Shown piece after piece: positions 39,055 through 48,775 of a stretch of DNA of 64,000 nt (the stretch's first letter is position 1; every line of letters starts with the position of its first letter). Under the pieces are notes generated by a model that saw nothing but the letters and a program-made list of their open reading frames with translations, was not told the origin of the DNA and searched no databases. Position numbers and translations under genes: made by a program. This DNA is from Actinomycetota bacterium (GTDB lineage: Bacteria > Actinomycetota > Thermoleophilia > Gaiellales > Gaiellaceae), in contig JBKPSO010000085.1 in assembly GCA_046735055.1 (NCBI GenBank), positions 1,543 through 65,542 of the forward strand, read 5' to 3'.

Positions 39055-39641
39055 TGCTCCGCGACATAAGGGCATCCGTGATCGCGATCGTTCTCCTCAC
39101 GCTCGCATTCGGGTTCGCGTATCCCGCCGTGATCACCGGCTTCGCCCAGATCACCTGGAAGCACGAGGCGAACGGGAGCCTGATCATGCGCGACGGCAAG
39201 GTCGTCGGCTCGAAGCTCGCCGCGCAGGACTTCAAGAGCACGCGCTACGTCCACGAGCGCCCGTCGGCAACCTCGCCGGCCTACAACGCCGGCGCGACCA
39301 CCTTCGCGAACCTCGGGCCGACGAACCCCGATCTGGCCAAGAACGTGAAGTCGGCTGCCCAGGCGATCCTCGAGCTCGAGCGCCCGTACAACCCCGGCCT
39401 CGAGCTCGGGGACATCCCGGTCGACGCGGTGACGACGTCCGCCTCCGGCATCGATCCGGACATCTCGCCTGCCTATGCGGCGCTCCAGTCGCGGCGGATC
39501 TCGGCGGTTCGGCGTCTGCCGCTCGCGACCGTGCAGCAGCTGATCTCGGAAAACACCGACAGCCGCTCCCTCGGCTTCCTCGGCGAGCCCGGCGTGAACG
39601 TCCTGAAGCTGAACCTCGCTCTCGACAAGGCGGCCGCGTAA
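39054..39641 (+). CDS. kdpC: K+-transporting ATPase subunit C
   Basis: ANGSLI...RPSAT...[13 protein letters not shown]...LNLALDK matches KdpC along its whole length. Confidence 0.9.
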   Translation: MLRDIRASVIAIVLLTLAFGFAYPAVITGFAQITWKHEANGSLIMRDGKVVGSKLAAQDFKSTRYVHERPSATSPAYNAGATTFANLGPTNPDLAKNVKSAAQAILELERPYNPGLELGDIPVDAVTTSASGIDPDISPAYAALQSRRISAVRRLPLATVQQLISENTDSRSLGFLGEPGVNVLKLNLALDKAAA

Positions 39642-41683
39642 TGGCCCGCAGGTCCACAGGCGTCTTTTCCCGCGACATCGTTCTCGCGGCGATTCGGGAC
39701 TCGTTCCCGAAGCTCGATCCGCGCAGCCAGGTCCGGAACCCGGTCATGTTCATCGTCGAGCTCGGCAGCGTGATCACCACCGTGATCTTCGTGCTCGACC
39801 TCGTCCGGGGACACACGGATCAGCTCTGGTTCGTCGCGGTGATCGCCGTCTGGCTCTGGCTGACGGTGCTGTTCGCGAACTTCGCGGAGGCGATCGCGGA
39901 AGGGCGCGGGAAGGCGCAGGCAGACGCGCTCCGTGCCACCCGCACGACGACTCTCGCCCGTCTCGAGGACGGCCGGCAGATTCCTGCGCCCGAGCTGCAG
40001 AAGGGCGATGTCGTGATCGTCGAGGCAGGCGAGGTGATTCCCGCTGACGGCGAGGTGATCGAGGGGGTCGGCTCCGTGGACGAGTCGGCGATCACGGGCG
40101 AGTCCGCACCGGTGATCCGCGAGGCCGGCGGTGACCGGTCGGCCGTCACGGGCGGCACGAAGCTGCTCTCCGACCACCTGGTCGTGCAGGTCACCCAGGA
40201 GCCGGGCAAGTCGTTTCTCGACCGGATGATCGCGCTCGTCGAGGGCGCCGAGCGCCGCAAGACTCCGAACGAGATCGCGCTCAACATCCTGCTGGCCGGG
40301 CTGACGATCACCTTCCTCGCCGCCGTCGTCACGCTGAAGCCGTACGCCGTCTACGCGGGCACCGACCTCTCGCAGACTGTGCTGATCGCGCTGCTCGTTG
40401 CCCTGATTCCCACCACGATCGGCGCACTGCTCTCGGCGATCGGGATCGCGGGCATGGATCGCCTCGTGCAGCGGAACGTGCTCGCGATGTCGGGTCGAGC
40501 CGTCGAGGCCTCCGGGGACGTCGACGTGCTCCTCCTCGACAAGACCGGCACGATCACGCTCGGCAATCGACAGGCCGCTGAGTTCCTGCCTGTCGACGGG
40601 GTCGAGGAGCGCGAGCTGGCCGAGGTCGCCCAGCTCGCGTCACTCGCCGACGAGACGCCCGAGGGCCGCTCGATCGTGGTGCTTGCCAAGGAACGCTTCG
40701 GCCTCCGTGAGCGCCAGCTGGGCGAGCACACCTTTGTCCCCTTCACCGCGCAGACGCGGATGAGCGGGATCGACCTGAACGGGAGCGTGATCCGGAAAGG
40801 CGCGGCCGACGCCGTGAAGGCCTTCGTCGCCGAGCGCGGCGGTCATGCGCCGGTCGAGCTCGACGGGCTCGTGCAGGGTGTCGCGGAAGAGGGCGGCACA
40901 CCGCTCGTTGTCTCGCGCGACAACTGGACGCTCGGCGTCGTCTACCTGAAGGACATCGTCAAGGGTGGCATGGGTGAGCGCTTCGACGAGCTCCGCCGGA
41001 TGGGGATCCGCACCGTGATGATCACCGGCGACAACCGGGTGACCGCGGCGGTGATTGCGCAGGAGTCGGGCGTCGACGACTTCCTTGCCGAGGCGACTCC
41101 GGAGGCGAAGCTGGCGCTGATCAAGGAGGAGCAGAGCCGGGGCCGGATGATCGCGATGACGGGCGACGGGACAAACGACGCCCCCGCGCTTGCGCAGGCG
41201 GACGTCGGTGTGGCGATGAACACGGGCACGACCGCGGCCAAGGAGGCCGGCAACATGGTCGACCTCGACTCGAACCCGACGAAGCTGATCGAGATCGTCG
41301 AGGTCGGCAAGCAGCTGCTGATCACGCGCGGGGCGCTGACGACGTTCTCGATCGCGAACGACGTGGCGAAGTACTTCGCGATCCTCCCGGCGGTCTTCGC
41401 CTACACCTATGCGACCGAGCCGGGTGCGCGCGGGCCGCTCGACGCGCTGAACGTCATGCACCTCGGCACGCCGCAGAGCGCGATCATCTCTGCGATCGTC
41501 TTCAACGCCCTGATCATCCCGGCGCTTGTCCCGCTCGCCTTGCGCGGAGTGAAGTATCGCGCGATCGGGGCGACGGCGCTCCTGCGCAGGAACCTGTTGA
41601 TCTACGGGGTCGGCGGGATGATCCTGCCGTTCGTCGGGATCAAGCTGATCGACCTGATCGTCCACAACCTCCTGGGAGCGTGA
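39641..41683 (+). CDS. kdpB: K+-transporting P-type ATPase subunit B
   Basis: DKTGTIT, TGDN and [10 protein letters not shown] motifs. Confidence 0.95.
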   Translation: MARRSTGVFSRDIVLAAIRDSFPKLDPRSQVRNPVMFIVELGSVITTVIFVLDLVRGHTDQLWFVAVIAVWLWLTVLFANFAEAIAEGRGKAQADALRATRTTTLARLEDGRQIPAPELQKGDVVIVEAGEVIPADGEVIEGVGSVDESAITGESAPVIREAGGDRSAVTGGTKLLSDHLVVQVTQEPGKSFLDRMIALVEGAERRKTPNEIALNILLAGLTITFLAAVVTLKPYAVYAGTDLSQTVLIALLVALIPTTIGALLSAIGIAGMDRLVQRNVLAMSGRAVEASGDVDVLLLDKTGTITLGNRQAAEFLPVDGVEERELAEVAQLASLADETPEGRSIVVLAKERFGLRERQLGEHTFVPFTAQTRMSGIDLNGSVIRKGAADAVKAFVAERGGHAPVELDGLVQGVAEEGGTPLVVSRDNWTLGVVYLKDIVKGGMGERFDELRRMGIRTVMITGDNRVTAAVIAQESGVDDFLAEATPEAKLALIKEEQSRGRMIAMTGDGTNDAPALAQADVGVAMNTGTTAAKEAGNMVDLDSNPTKLIEIVEVGKQLLITRGALTTFSIANDVAKYFAILPAVFAYTYATEPGARGPLDALNVMHLGTPQSAIISAIVFNALIIPALVPLALRGVKYRAIGATALLRRNLLIYGVGGMILPFVGIKLIDLIVHNLLGA

Positions 41684-42775
41684 GTGGCTCGGGGCAGATA
41701 TCGCATCCTGCTCGGAATGGCAGCGGGGGTCGGCAAGACGTACCGAATGCTGCAGGAGGGTCGGCAGGCTCTGGAGGAGGGCCGCGACGTCGTGATCGGC
41801 TACCTGGAGCCGCACGACCGGCCCGAGACGTCGGCGCTGGCTGAGGGACTGGAGGTCGTGCCGCGCCTGCGCGCGCAGCATGGGACGCTGGAGCTCGAGG
41901 AGATGGACGTCGACGCGGTGATCCGCCGGGCTCCGGAGCTCGCCCTGATCGACGAGCTCGCGCACACCAATGCGCCCGGGATGCGGAACGAAAAGCGCTA
42001 CCAGGACATCGAGGAGATCCTCGACGCAGGGGTCGACGTGATCTCGACCGTCAACGTCCAGCACCTCGAGAGTCTCAACGACGCGATCTTCGAGCTGACG
42101 GAGACCCGCGTGCGGGAGACGTTCCCCGACCGCATCCTGACCGAGGCCGACGAGGTCGTGCTCGTCGACCTGGCGCCCGAGGCGCTGCAGGAGCGGCTCC
42201 GGGCGGGCAAGGTCTACCCGAAGGAACGCGCGGAGGTCGCGCTGAACAACTTCTTCCGCGCCGACAAGCTCTCCGCGCTGCGCGAGCTCGCGCTGCGTGA
42301 GGTCGCAGAGGACGTGGAGGCGCGGAGAATCGCCCGTCCGCTCGAGCCGCTCAGCCAGCAGGCCGTGGCGGAGCGCGTGCTGGCGATGGTCGAGCCGCAG
42401 CCCAAGTCCCAGCGGATCATGCGACGCGCGTGGCGCTCGGCCCAGCGGCTCGGAGCGGAGATGGACGCGCTCTGGGTCCGGAAGCCAGGCCGCCCGCCGA
42501 CCGAGCAGGAGGCGACCCAGCTCGCCGCGCTCCGCCGGCTGGCGGTCATCCTCGGCGTCCACTTCCTGGAGGACGAGGGCGACGACCTCGTCGCGACCGT
42601 ACGCCGGGTCGCGGCCGAGCGTGGCTCGACCTACGTGTTCGTCGGCACGCCGGACGAGTCGCGGCGCCGCGAGATCTTCGGCGGCTCGCTCCTCTCGCGC
42701 ATGGTGCGCGAGCTTCCCGGCGTCGACATCCGCGTCGTCGCAAGCCGCGCGGAGCTGGACAAGCTCGCGCCGTGA
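41684..42775 (+). CDS. Stand-alone KdpD N-terminal sensor domain + Usp domain protein
   Basis: GMAAGVGKTYRML...GYLEPHDR...LAHTN is the KdpD N-terminal (PF02702-type) module, followed by a Usp-like region. No kinase domain is present. Confidence 0.85.
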   Translation: MARGRYRILLGMAAGVGKTYRMLQEGRQALEEGRDVVIGYLEPHDRPETSALAEGLEVVPRLRAQHGTLELEEMDVDAVIRRAPELALIDELAHTNAPGMRNEKRYQDIEEILDAGVDVISTVNVQHLESLNDAIFELTETRVRETFPDRILTEADEVVLVDLAPEALQERLRAGKVYPKERAEVALNNFFRADKLSALRELALREVAEDVEARRIARPLEPLSQQAVAERVLAMVEPQPKSQRIMRRAWRSAQRLGAEMDALWVRKPGRPPTEQEATQLAALRRLAVILGVHFLEDEGDDLVATVRRVAAERGSTYVFVGTPDESRRREIFGGSLLSRMVRELPGVDIRVVASRAELDKLAP

Positions 42776-43293
42776 TCGTTGCCGTCATCGCTCTTGCCGC
42801 GCTCGCAATCGTGCTTGCGGTAGTCCTCGTCTTCCGCAGCGGCTTCAGGCTGCGCAAGCTCCGGCCGGGCGAGCGGCGTATTCTCGTCCCGTTCAGCGGG
42901 GGGACACTGGACCCGACGGTGCTCGACGCCGCGCTCCGGCTTGCCGGCGCCGAGAGTGCGACGCTCGTTCCCGCCTACCTTCTGCTCGTGCCGTTGCGCT
43001 ACTCCGAGGACTCACCGCTCGCCGACGAGGTCTCGGTCGCGATGCCGCTGCTCGAGGCCGTCGAGCGGGCGGCCGTTCGCGCCGGCGTGCCGGTCGATGC
43101 TCGGATCGAGAAGGGGCGGACGCTCACGCACGCGTTGCGGCTGCTCTGGGACGTCGAGAGCTTCGACCGCATCGTCGCCCCGGCGACACCCGACGGTCAG
43201 GGCTTTACGACGAAGGACCTGACCTGGCTGCTCGAGCACGCGCCGGCGGAGACGCTCGTCCTCAAGCCGCGCGAGGAGGCGGCCGTCAGCTGA
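42772..43293 (+). CDS. Membrane-anchored universal-stress-like protein
   Basis: N-terminal TM segment, then ILVPFSGGTLD...ATLVPAYLLLVP Usp-like fold. GTGA overlap with the preceding gene. Confidence 0.55.
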   Translation: MIVAVIALAALAIVLAVVLVFRSGFRLRKLRPGERRILVPFSGGTLDPTVLDAALRLAGAESATLVPAYLLLVPLRYSEDSPLADEVSVAMPLLEAVERAAVRAGVPVDARIEKGRTLTHALRLLWDVESFDRIVAPATPDGQGFTTKDLTWLLEHAPAETLVLKPREEAAVS

Positions 43294-45589
43294 GCCGGTA
43301 GGGGACGCTCGTCAGGATCACCTGCGGCTCGAAGAGCAGCAGGCGCTTGAGGTAGAGCGCGCGCTGGTTGTGCAACAGCCGCTGGGGGCCGCTGAAGATG
43401 AGCTCCGGAATGACGACCACCGCGACGGCCTCAGGGTCGGCGGTGATCTTGCGGAGGTACGCGAGCAAGGGATCGCCGAGGTCACGGAACTGCGCCTCTT
43501 CGACCTCGAGCTGGATCGGGATCGGACGGAGCCTCCACTCCTCACGGATGCGCTCGGCTTCGCTGCCGTCGAAGGCGAAGAAGAGCGCCTTTGTGTCGTC
43601 GAGGTTCAGCGTGCTCGCGTAGTTCACGGCGCGGAGCGACGCTGCGTGCGAGCCGGAGACGAGCACGCGGCAGACTGCACGCCGTGGCGCTCGCCACTCG
43701 CGCGCTCGCAGGCCGATCACCGGGATGTCAGTGATCACGACTCCCGGCTCGCTGAGGAGCCGGAGCTTGAGCGAGAACTCCGTGCGGCGCGCAAGTGCGG
43801 CGAGCAGCGACGGTCGCTTGAACGCCTCCGGGATGACCGCCGTGACGAATGTCGACTCGCCGCGAGGGAGGGCCCAGAGGTAGTCGATCACCGCGTCGAC
43901 CCGGCTGCCCTCCGGGTGCAATATCTCCAGGTCGGGCTTGTTGTCGGTGAGCCGGCGGAACCGCGGGCGGATTCCCGTGTCGCTCTTGGGACCGGGCACG
44001 TGGATGGCACGGAAACGGCCGCCCGTGATCTGGTTCGCGTACCAGACCGCCTCCTGGAGCGCTGCGTCGTAGGAGTCCACGTAGAGCACGACCTGGTTCG
44101 TCGGTGGGGCGGCCGCGACCACGGCCGCGGTGCCGGCGCGCAGTCGCCGTGCGACCTTGCCGTAGTGGCGGTGAATCCCGTAGAAGGAGGCGACGAGCAG
44201 GGGGATCGCGACCGCGACCGCCCAGGCACCCTCGAGGAACTTCGTCTCGACGACGAGCACGGCGACGACCGTCGTCGCCACGGCTCCGGCGCCGTTGATC
44301 GCCGCCTTTCGCTGCCAGCCCGGGGTTCTGCGCCGGTACCAGTACCGGACCATGCCGGCCTGGGACAACGTGAAGGCTGTGAAGACGCCGATCACGTAGA
44401 GGTGGATCAGCGCGTTCACGTCCGCGTCGAACACCCAGATCAGGAGCGAGGCGGCGCCGGCGAGGACGATGATCCCGTTCGAATAGACGAGCCTGTCGCC
44501 GAGGTTGACGAACTGGCGCGGGAAGTAGCGGTCGCGCGCCAGCACCGCCGAGAGCCGCGGAAACCCCTGATACGAGGTGTTGGCGGCAAGAATCAGGACT
44601 GCGAACGTCAGCCCCTGCACGGCGTAGTACATCCACGCTCCCGCGGAGCCGGTCGGGAAGACCGCCCGCGCGATCTCGGAGACGACCGACACGCTGTTGC
44701 TCGGAAACGCGTGCATGTGCACCGTCAGGTACGAGACGCCGAGAAACAGCATGATCGCCATCCCGCCCATCCAGAGCAGCGTCTTCGCGGCGTTCCGGCC
44801 CTGGGGCGGGCGGAACGCGTTGACCCCGTTCGAGATCGACTCGACGCCCGTCAAGGCCGCCGCACCGGAGGCAAACGCGCGCAGGATGAGGAAGACGCCG
44901 ACGCTGCCCGCGGCCCCCGCCGCGATTGGATCCGGAACGTGCGCCTGGGGACAGCTGCCGTCGGCGCACTTCACGAGGCCGGTCGCGATCATGACGAACA
45001 TCACCGCGACGAACGAGTAGGTCGGGAGGGCGAAGGCGATGCCGGACTCGCGGACGCCGCGGAGGTTGACAAGCGTGAGCACGAGGACGGCCAGCAGGGA
45101 GACCGAGACCTTGTGTGCCGCCAGCGACGGCGCAGCGGAGGTGATCGCGAGCACGCCGGCCGCGACGGACACCGCCACGGTGAGCACGTAGTCGACGAGC
45201 AGCGCCGCTGCCGCCACCAGGCTCGGCAGCGTTCCCAGGTTCTCCTTCGCGACGACGTATGCGCCCCCGCTCGTCTCGTAAGCCTGCACCGTCTGCGTGT
45301 AGGAGATGACGACGATCCCGAGCACCGCGGCGATCGCGATCGAGACCGGTAGGACGAGATGGGCCGCACTCGCGGACGCTCCGACGAGGACGACGAGCGC
45401 CGCCTCCGTTGCGTAGGCCACGGACGAGAGCGGGTCCGCGGAAAAGATCGGCAGCGCCAGCGTCTTCGAGAGGAGCGTCTCGCCCATCTCCGCGCCGGAA
45501 CGCGGACGGCCGATCAGCGCCCGCTTGACGGCCTCCAGGCGGTCGCGACGTTCTACGAGTGCTCCAGCCTGCCGGGCCTCGTCGTCCAC
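43286..45589 (-). CDS. APC-superfamily transporter of the KimA type (putative K+/H+ symporter) with a large cytoplasmic C-terminal domain
   Basis: GGAYVVAKENLG, LLVDYVLTVAVSVAAG, LRAFASGAAALTGVESISN and ILAANTSYQGFPRL match my recollection of B. subtilis KimA. Confidence 0.7.
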   Translation of the reverse strand: MDDEARQAGALVERRDRLEAVKRALIGRPRSGAEMGETLLSKTLALPIFSADPLSSVAYATEAALVVLVGASASAAHLVLPVSIAIAAVLGIVVISYTQTVQAYETSGGAYVVAKENLGTLPSLVAAAALLVDYVLTVAVSVAAGVLAITSAAPSLAAHKVSVSLLAVLVLTLVNLRGVRESGIAFALPTYSFVAVMFVMIATGLVKCADGSCPQAHVPDPIAAGAAGSVGVFLILRAFASGAAALTGVESISNGVNAFRPPQGRNAAKTLLWMGGMAIMLFLGVSYLTVHMHAFPSNSVSVVSEIARAVFPTGSAGAWMYYAVQGLTFAVLILAANTSYQGFPRLSAVLARDRYFPRQFVNLGDRLVYSNGIIVLAGAASLLIWVFDADVNALIHLYVIGVFTAFTLSQAGMVRYWYRRRTPGWQRKAAINGAGAVATTVVAVLVVETKFLEGAWAVAVAIPLLVASFYGIHRHYGKVARRLRAGTAAVVAAAPPTNQVVLYVDSYDAALQEAVWYANQITGGRFRAIHVPGPKSDTGIRPRFRRLTDNKPDLEILHPEGSRVDAVIDYLWALPRGESTFVTAVIPEAFKRPSLLAALARRTEFSLKLRLLSEPGVVITDIPVIGLRAREWRAPRRAVCRVLVSGSHAASLRAVNYASTLNLDDTKALFFAFDGSEAERIREEWRLRPIPIQLEVEEAQFRDLGDPLLAYLRKITADPEAVAVVVIPELIFSGPQRLLHNQRALYLKRLLLFEPQVILTSVPYRLS

Positions 45590-45614
45590 GTCGCTACGCT
45601 AGCGCCCGTCCCTC

Positions 45615-45680
45615 TTGAGGTTTTCTTAAGGCGCTGCTCCTGAATCTTGAGCGCTGCTTGAGTCCGGGAGGCGCTAGCTG
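45615..45680 (+). promoter_or_regulatory. Second copy of the four-repeat TTGAG module (11-21-11) plus TAGCTG, in the kimA/usp divergent spacer
   Basis: TTGAG 45615, TTAAG 45626, TTGAG 45647, TTGAG 45658, TAGCTG 45675. Flanked by the inverted repeat GCTAGCGCC (45598-45606) / GGCGCTAGC (45670-45678). Confidence 0.45.
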
Positions 45681-45685
45681 AGCGG

Positions 45686-46159
45686 GTGACGACTGGAGTC
45701 GCGCACCGACGTACGTCGTCTCTCACGGGCCGGTACCGGCGGATTCTCGTCCCGCTCCTCGCCGGGCCGGAGTCCGGCCGCGCGGTCGACGCCGCGTGCC
45801 GTCTTGCCGCGGAACGCAAGGCCGTCATGACCGCCCTGACCGTGATCGAGGTGCCTCCGCTGCTCCCACTCGATGCTCGGATGGACGAAGAGGAGGCGGA
45901 AGGAAGGCAGGCGCTGGCGCGCGCGGAGACCGTTGCAGACGCCTACGGCGTGGGCTACCAGGGGTGGCAGGTGCGCGCGCGGGACGCGGCCACCGCGATC
46001 CTCGACGCGATCGGGGAGAGCGACGCACAGCTGGTCGTCGTCAGCGCGGCGTGCACGGCCCGCGCGAGGCGGGGCGCGCCGCCGTTCGGTCGCGACATTC
46101 AGCAAATCCTCCGCAAAGCCTCCTGTCGCGTGCTGCTGATCGCACTGCCTGTCGGCTGA
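45686..46159 (+). CDS. Universal stress protein
   Basis: RRILVPLLAGPES...QLVVVSAA...VLLIA Usp pattern. GTG 45686 is the only canonical start codon available. Confidence 0.7.
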   Translation: MTTGVAHRRTSSLTGRYRRILVPLLAGPESGRAVDAACRLAAERKAVMTALTVIEVPPLLPLDARMDEEEAEGRQALARAETVADAYGVGYQGWQVRARDAATAILDAIGESDAQLVVVSAACTARARRGAPPFGRDIQQILRKASCRVLLIALPVG

Positions 46160-46201
46160 CGGCACGTACGGCGCAATCGTTCGCCGGCTTGCCGGTGCCG
46201 C

Positions 46202-48442
46202 CTAGCGGCGCGCGAGCATCCGGCGGAGCAGCTCGAGCGCGCCTGCCTTGTCGAGCATGTCGTTCAGGTTGCCGCACTTCGGCGACTGGACGCACGAGGG
46301 ACAGCCGTGGTCGCACGGACAACCGCCGATCAGCTTCGCGGTGTCCTCGACCCACCCCTCGAACGCCTCGAAGCCGCGGGCCGTGATCCCGACGCCGCCC
46401 GCGTGCCCGTCGTAGACGAAGATCGTCGGGCGGCCGGTCTGGAAGTGGACGTTCGTCGAGAGGCCGCCGATGTCCCAGCGGTCGCACATCGCCCAGAGCG
46501 GGAGCAGCGCGATCAGCGCGTGCTCGGCCGCATGGAGCGAGCCGAGGAGCTTCGGCATCCGTTCGAGGCCGTCGAGCATCTCGGGCTCGGGGCAGAACCA
46601 GACCGCCTCCGTCTCGAAGCTCGTCTCCGGGAGGTCGAGGCCGACGAGGTCGAGCGTCGCCTGCGTCGAGGCCTGCTTCAACTGGTAGGCGACGACCTGC
46701 TCGGTGACGGAGACGGCGCCCCAGCTGAGCTCGAGGCCGAGCCTCGTCTCGGTGCGCTTCGCTTCCTCGATCGCGGTCGTCGTGTCCTTCTTCGCCTGCG
46801 TATACAGGTCGCCGGAGAGGGGCGAGACGAGTGCCTGCCTCGCGTCGAGGTCGAGCTCGGCGACGCGGTAGGCCTCGCCGAGGTGGAGATAGACGGCGCC
46901 CTCGTGGACGGTCGAGTACGCGCGCTCGCGCTCGACGAGGCCGAGCACCGAGCCGGTGGAGGTATCGATCACCGCAAATGAGTCCGGGCTCGTCGAGCGG
47001 AGCGGGACACGGGCGGCCGGGTAATCGCGGCCGGCCCAGACGAAGCCGGCGGGCGTCGGCTTCAGCTCGGGGAGGGTAGCCGCACGCTCGAGGGCCTCGT
47101 CGCCGAGCATGTCCCGGTCGGCGTCGTCGAGGGGCGCCTCGAACGCGGCCGAGAGGACGTGGCCGTCGAGCACCCGCGGGTTCGCGTGGTCGAGGATCGC
47201 GGCCTCGACCCGGCGCTCGAGGAGCGCCTCCGGCTCGCGCATGAAGTACTGGTCGAGCGCGTCCTCGCTCGCGACGAGGAGCGCGAGCCCGTGGCCGCGG
47301 CGGCCGGCTCGCCCCCACTGCTGGCGCAGGCTGGCGACCGTGCCCGGGAAGCCGGTCGAGATCACGCAGTCGAGCAGGCCGATGTCGATCCCCAGCTCGA
47401 GCGCGTCCGTGGCTGCGACCCCGAGCAGCTCGCCGGCGGCGAGCCGCTGCTCGATCTCGCGCCGCTGCGCGGGCGTGTAGCCGGCGCGATAGGGAGAGAG
47501 GCGGGTGCGGTACTCCTTGCCGAGCCGGTCGAGCGTGAAGCGGTGGATCAGCTCCGCCGACTTCCGGCTCTTCGCGAAGCAGAGCGTGCGCAGGCCGCGC
47601 TCGACCAACTGGGCCATCAGCCGCGAGGCCTCGCCGAGCGCGCTGGCCCGGACGCCGAGCTCGGTGTCGAGGAGAGGGGGGTTCCAGAGCGCGATCGTCC
47701 GCTCGGCGCGGGGGGCGGCGTCGTCCTCGACGACCGTGAAGTCCACTCCGACGAGCGAGCGGCCGAGCTGCGCCGGGTTGGCGATCGTCGCGGAGGCGAG
47801 CAGGAACTGCGGCTCGGCGCCGTAGACCCGCGCGAGCCGTCGGAGGCGCCGCAGGACGTTGCCGACGTGCGAGCCGAAGACGCCGCGGTAGACGTGCGCC
47901 TCGTCGACGACGACGTACGCGAGGTTTGCGAGCACGTCGCCCCAGCGGTCGTGGTGGGGGAGGACGCCGACGTGGAGCATGTCCGGGTTCGAGAGGACGA
48001 GGTTCGACCACTTCCGGATCTGCCACCGTCGTTCCACCTCGGTGTCGCCGTCATAGATCGCCGCCCGGATGCGCGGCACCTTCAGATCCGTCAGCGAGCG
48101 GAGCTGGTCCTGCGCGAGCGCCTTCGTCGGGTAGAGGTAGATCGCCCGCCGCTTGGGCTCGTGTGCGAGCGCGTCGAGCACGGGGAGGTTGAACGCCAGC
48201 GACTTGCCGCTCGCCGTGCCCGTGACGACGGCGACTTGCTCGCCGCGCGCGGCGGCCTCCCACGCCTCGGCCTGGTGCTCGTAGAGCTCGTGCACGCCGC
48301 GGGCCTCGAGCGCGGCGCGGAGCTTCGGGTGCAGGTCGGCGGGAAGGGGCGCGGTGCGCGCCTCGCGCGCCGGCTCGCCTCCGAGGTAGGCGAGCTCCTC
48401 TCCCTCGAGGAGTCCGGCCCATCCGGCGAGCTCGACGCTCAT
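46202..48442 (-). CDS. DEAD/DEAH-box helicase with C-terminal DUF1998 domain (YprA/SftH family)
   Basis: GTASGKS, DEAH and helicase C motifs. C-terminal CPCDHGCPSCVQSPKCGN zinc cluster. Confidence 0.85.
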   Translation of the reverse strand: MSVELAGWAGLLEGEELAYLGGEPAREARTAPLPADLHPKLRAALEARGVHELYEHQAEAWEAAARGEQVAVVTGTASGKSLAFNLPVLDALAHEPKRRAIYLYPTKALAQDQLRSLTDLKVPRIRAAIYDGDTEVERRWQIRKWSNLVLSNPDMLHVGVLPHHDRWGDVLANLAYVVVDEAHVYRGVFGSHVGNVLRRLRRLARVYGAEPQFLLASATIANPAQLGRSLVGVDFTVVEDDAAPRAERTIALWNPPLLDTELGVRASALGEASRLMAQLVERGLRTLCFAKSRKSAELIHRFTLDRLGKEYRTRLSPYRAGYTPAQRREIEQRLAAGELLGVAATDALELGIDIGLLDCVISTGFPGTVASLRQQWGRAGRRGHGLALLVASEDALDQYFMREPEALLERRVEAAILDHANPRVLDGHVLSAAFEAPLDDADRDMLGDEALERAATLPELKPTPAGFVWAGRDYPAARVPLRSTSPDSFAVIDTSTGSVLGLVERERAYSTVHEGAVYLHLGEAYRVAELDLDARQALVSPLSGDLYTQAKKDTTTAIEEAKRTETRLGLELSWGAVSVTEQVVAYQLKQASTQATLDLVGLDLPETSFETEAVWFCPEPEMLDGLERMPKLLGSLHAAEHALIALLPLWAMCDRWDIGGLSTNVHFQTGRPTIFVYDGHAGGVGITARGFEAFEGWVEDTAKLIGGCPCDHGCPSCVQSPKCGNLNDMLDKAGALELLRRMLARR

Positions 48443-48469
48443 GCGCCTATTGAAGCCGCGGCAGGTCGA

Positions 48470-48766
48470 TCAGCTCTCGGCGACCTGCTCGAGCGTCCGC
48501 GGCTCGAAGCGCTCGACCAGCTCCTGGAGCCGCGCCACGCGCTCGTGGTAGCCCGCGTCACGTCGCCAGCTGCGCACGGCGCCGACCGTCTCCCAGGGGC
48601 CGAAGCTGACGAAGGTCGACGGGTTCTCGGTATCGCGGAGCAGCCGGGCGTGGGCGCGAAGCCCGTGCCGGTGGCTCCACTGGACCCAGTCGACCCAGCG
48701 CCGCACGAACTCGTCCTCCTGCCCGGACTTCACCTGCCAGGTCGTGTGCGTGAACGGTGTGCCCAT
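48470..48766 (-). CDS. Small ABM-like (antibiotic biosynthesis monooxygenase fold) protein
   Basis: 98 aa, with [17 protein letters not shown] resembling the ABM/dimeric alpha-beta barrel fold. The upstream part of the track ORF overlaps thiD and was rejected. Confidence 0.5.
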   Translation of the reverse strand: MGTPFTHTTWQVKSGQEDEFVRRWVDWVQWSHRHGLRAHARLLRDTENPSTFVSFGPWETVGAVRSWRRDAGYHERVARLQELVERFEPRTLEQVAES

Positions 48767-48775
48767 CCCCCTACG

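Noticed and set aside
45590-45685. c-di-AMP (ydaO-type) riboswitch upstream of the KimA-like gene, and likewise upstream of kdp at 37066-37195.
   Set aside because: The leader is too short (about 96 nt) for the pseudo-symmetric ydaO fold, and I do not see its conserved ACGGGGA/CCCA-type elements. A covariance-model scan would be the decisive test.
46202-48442. DUF1998 helicase as part of a DISARM-like defence system.
   Set aside because: The helicase and DUF1998 domains are fused in one YprA/SftH-type protein. No methyltransferase, PLD or other defence partner genes are adjacent, and the neighbours are housekeeping genes.
48767-48775. TPP riboswitch in front of thiD-thiL.
   Set aside because: Only 9 nt separate thiD from the divergent upstream gene, so there is no room for an aptamer.
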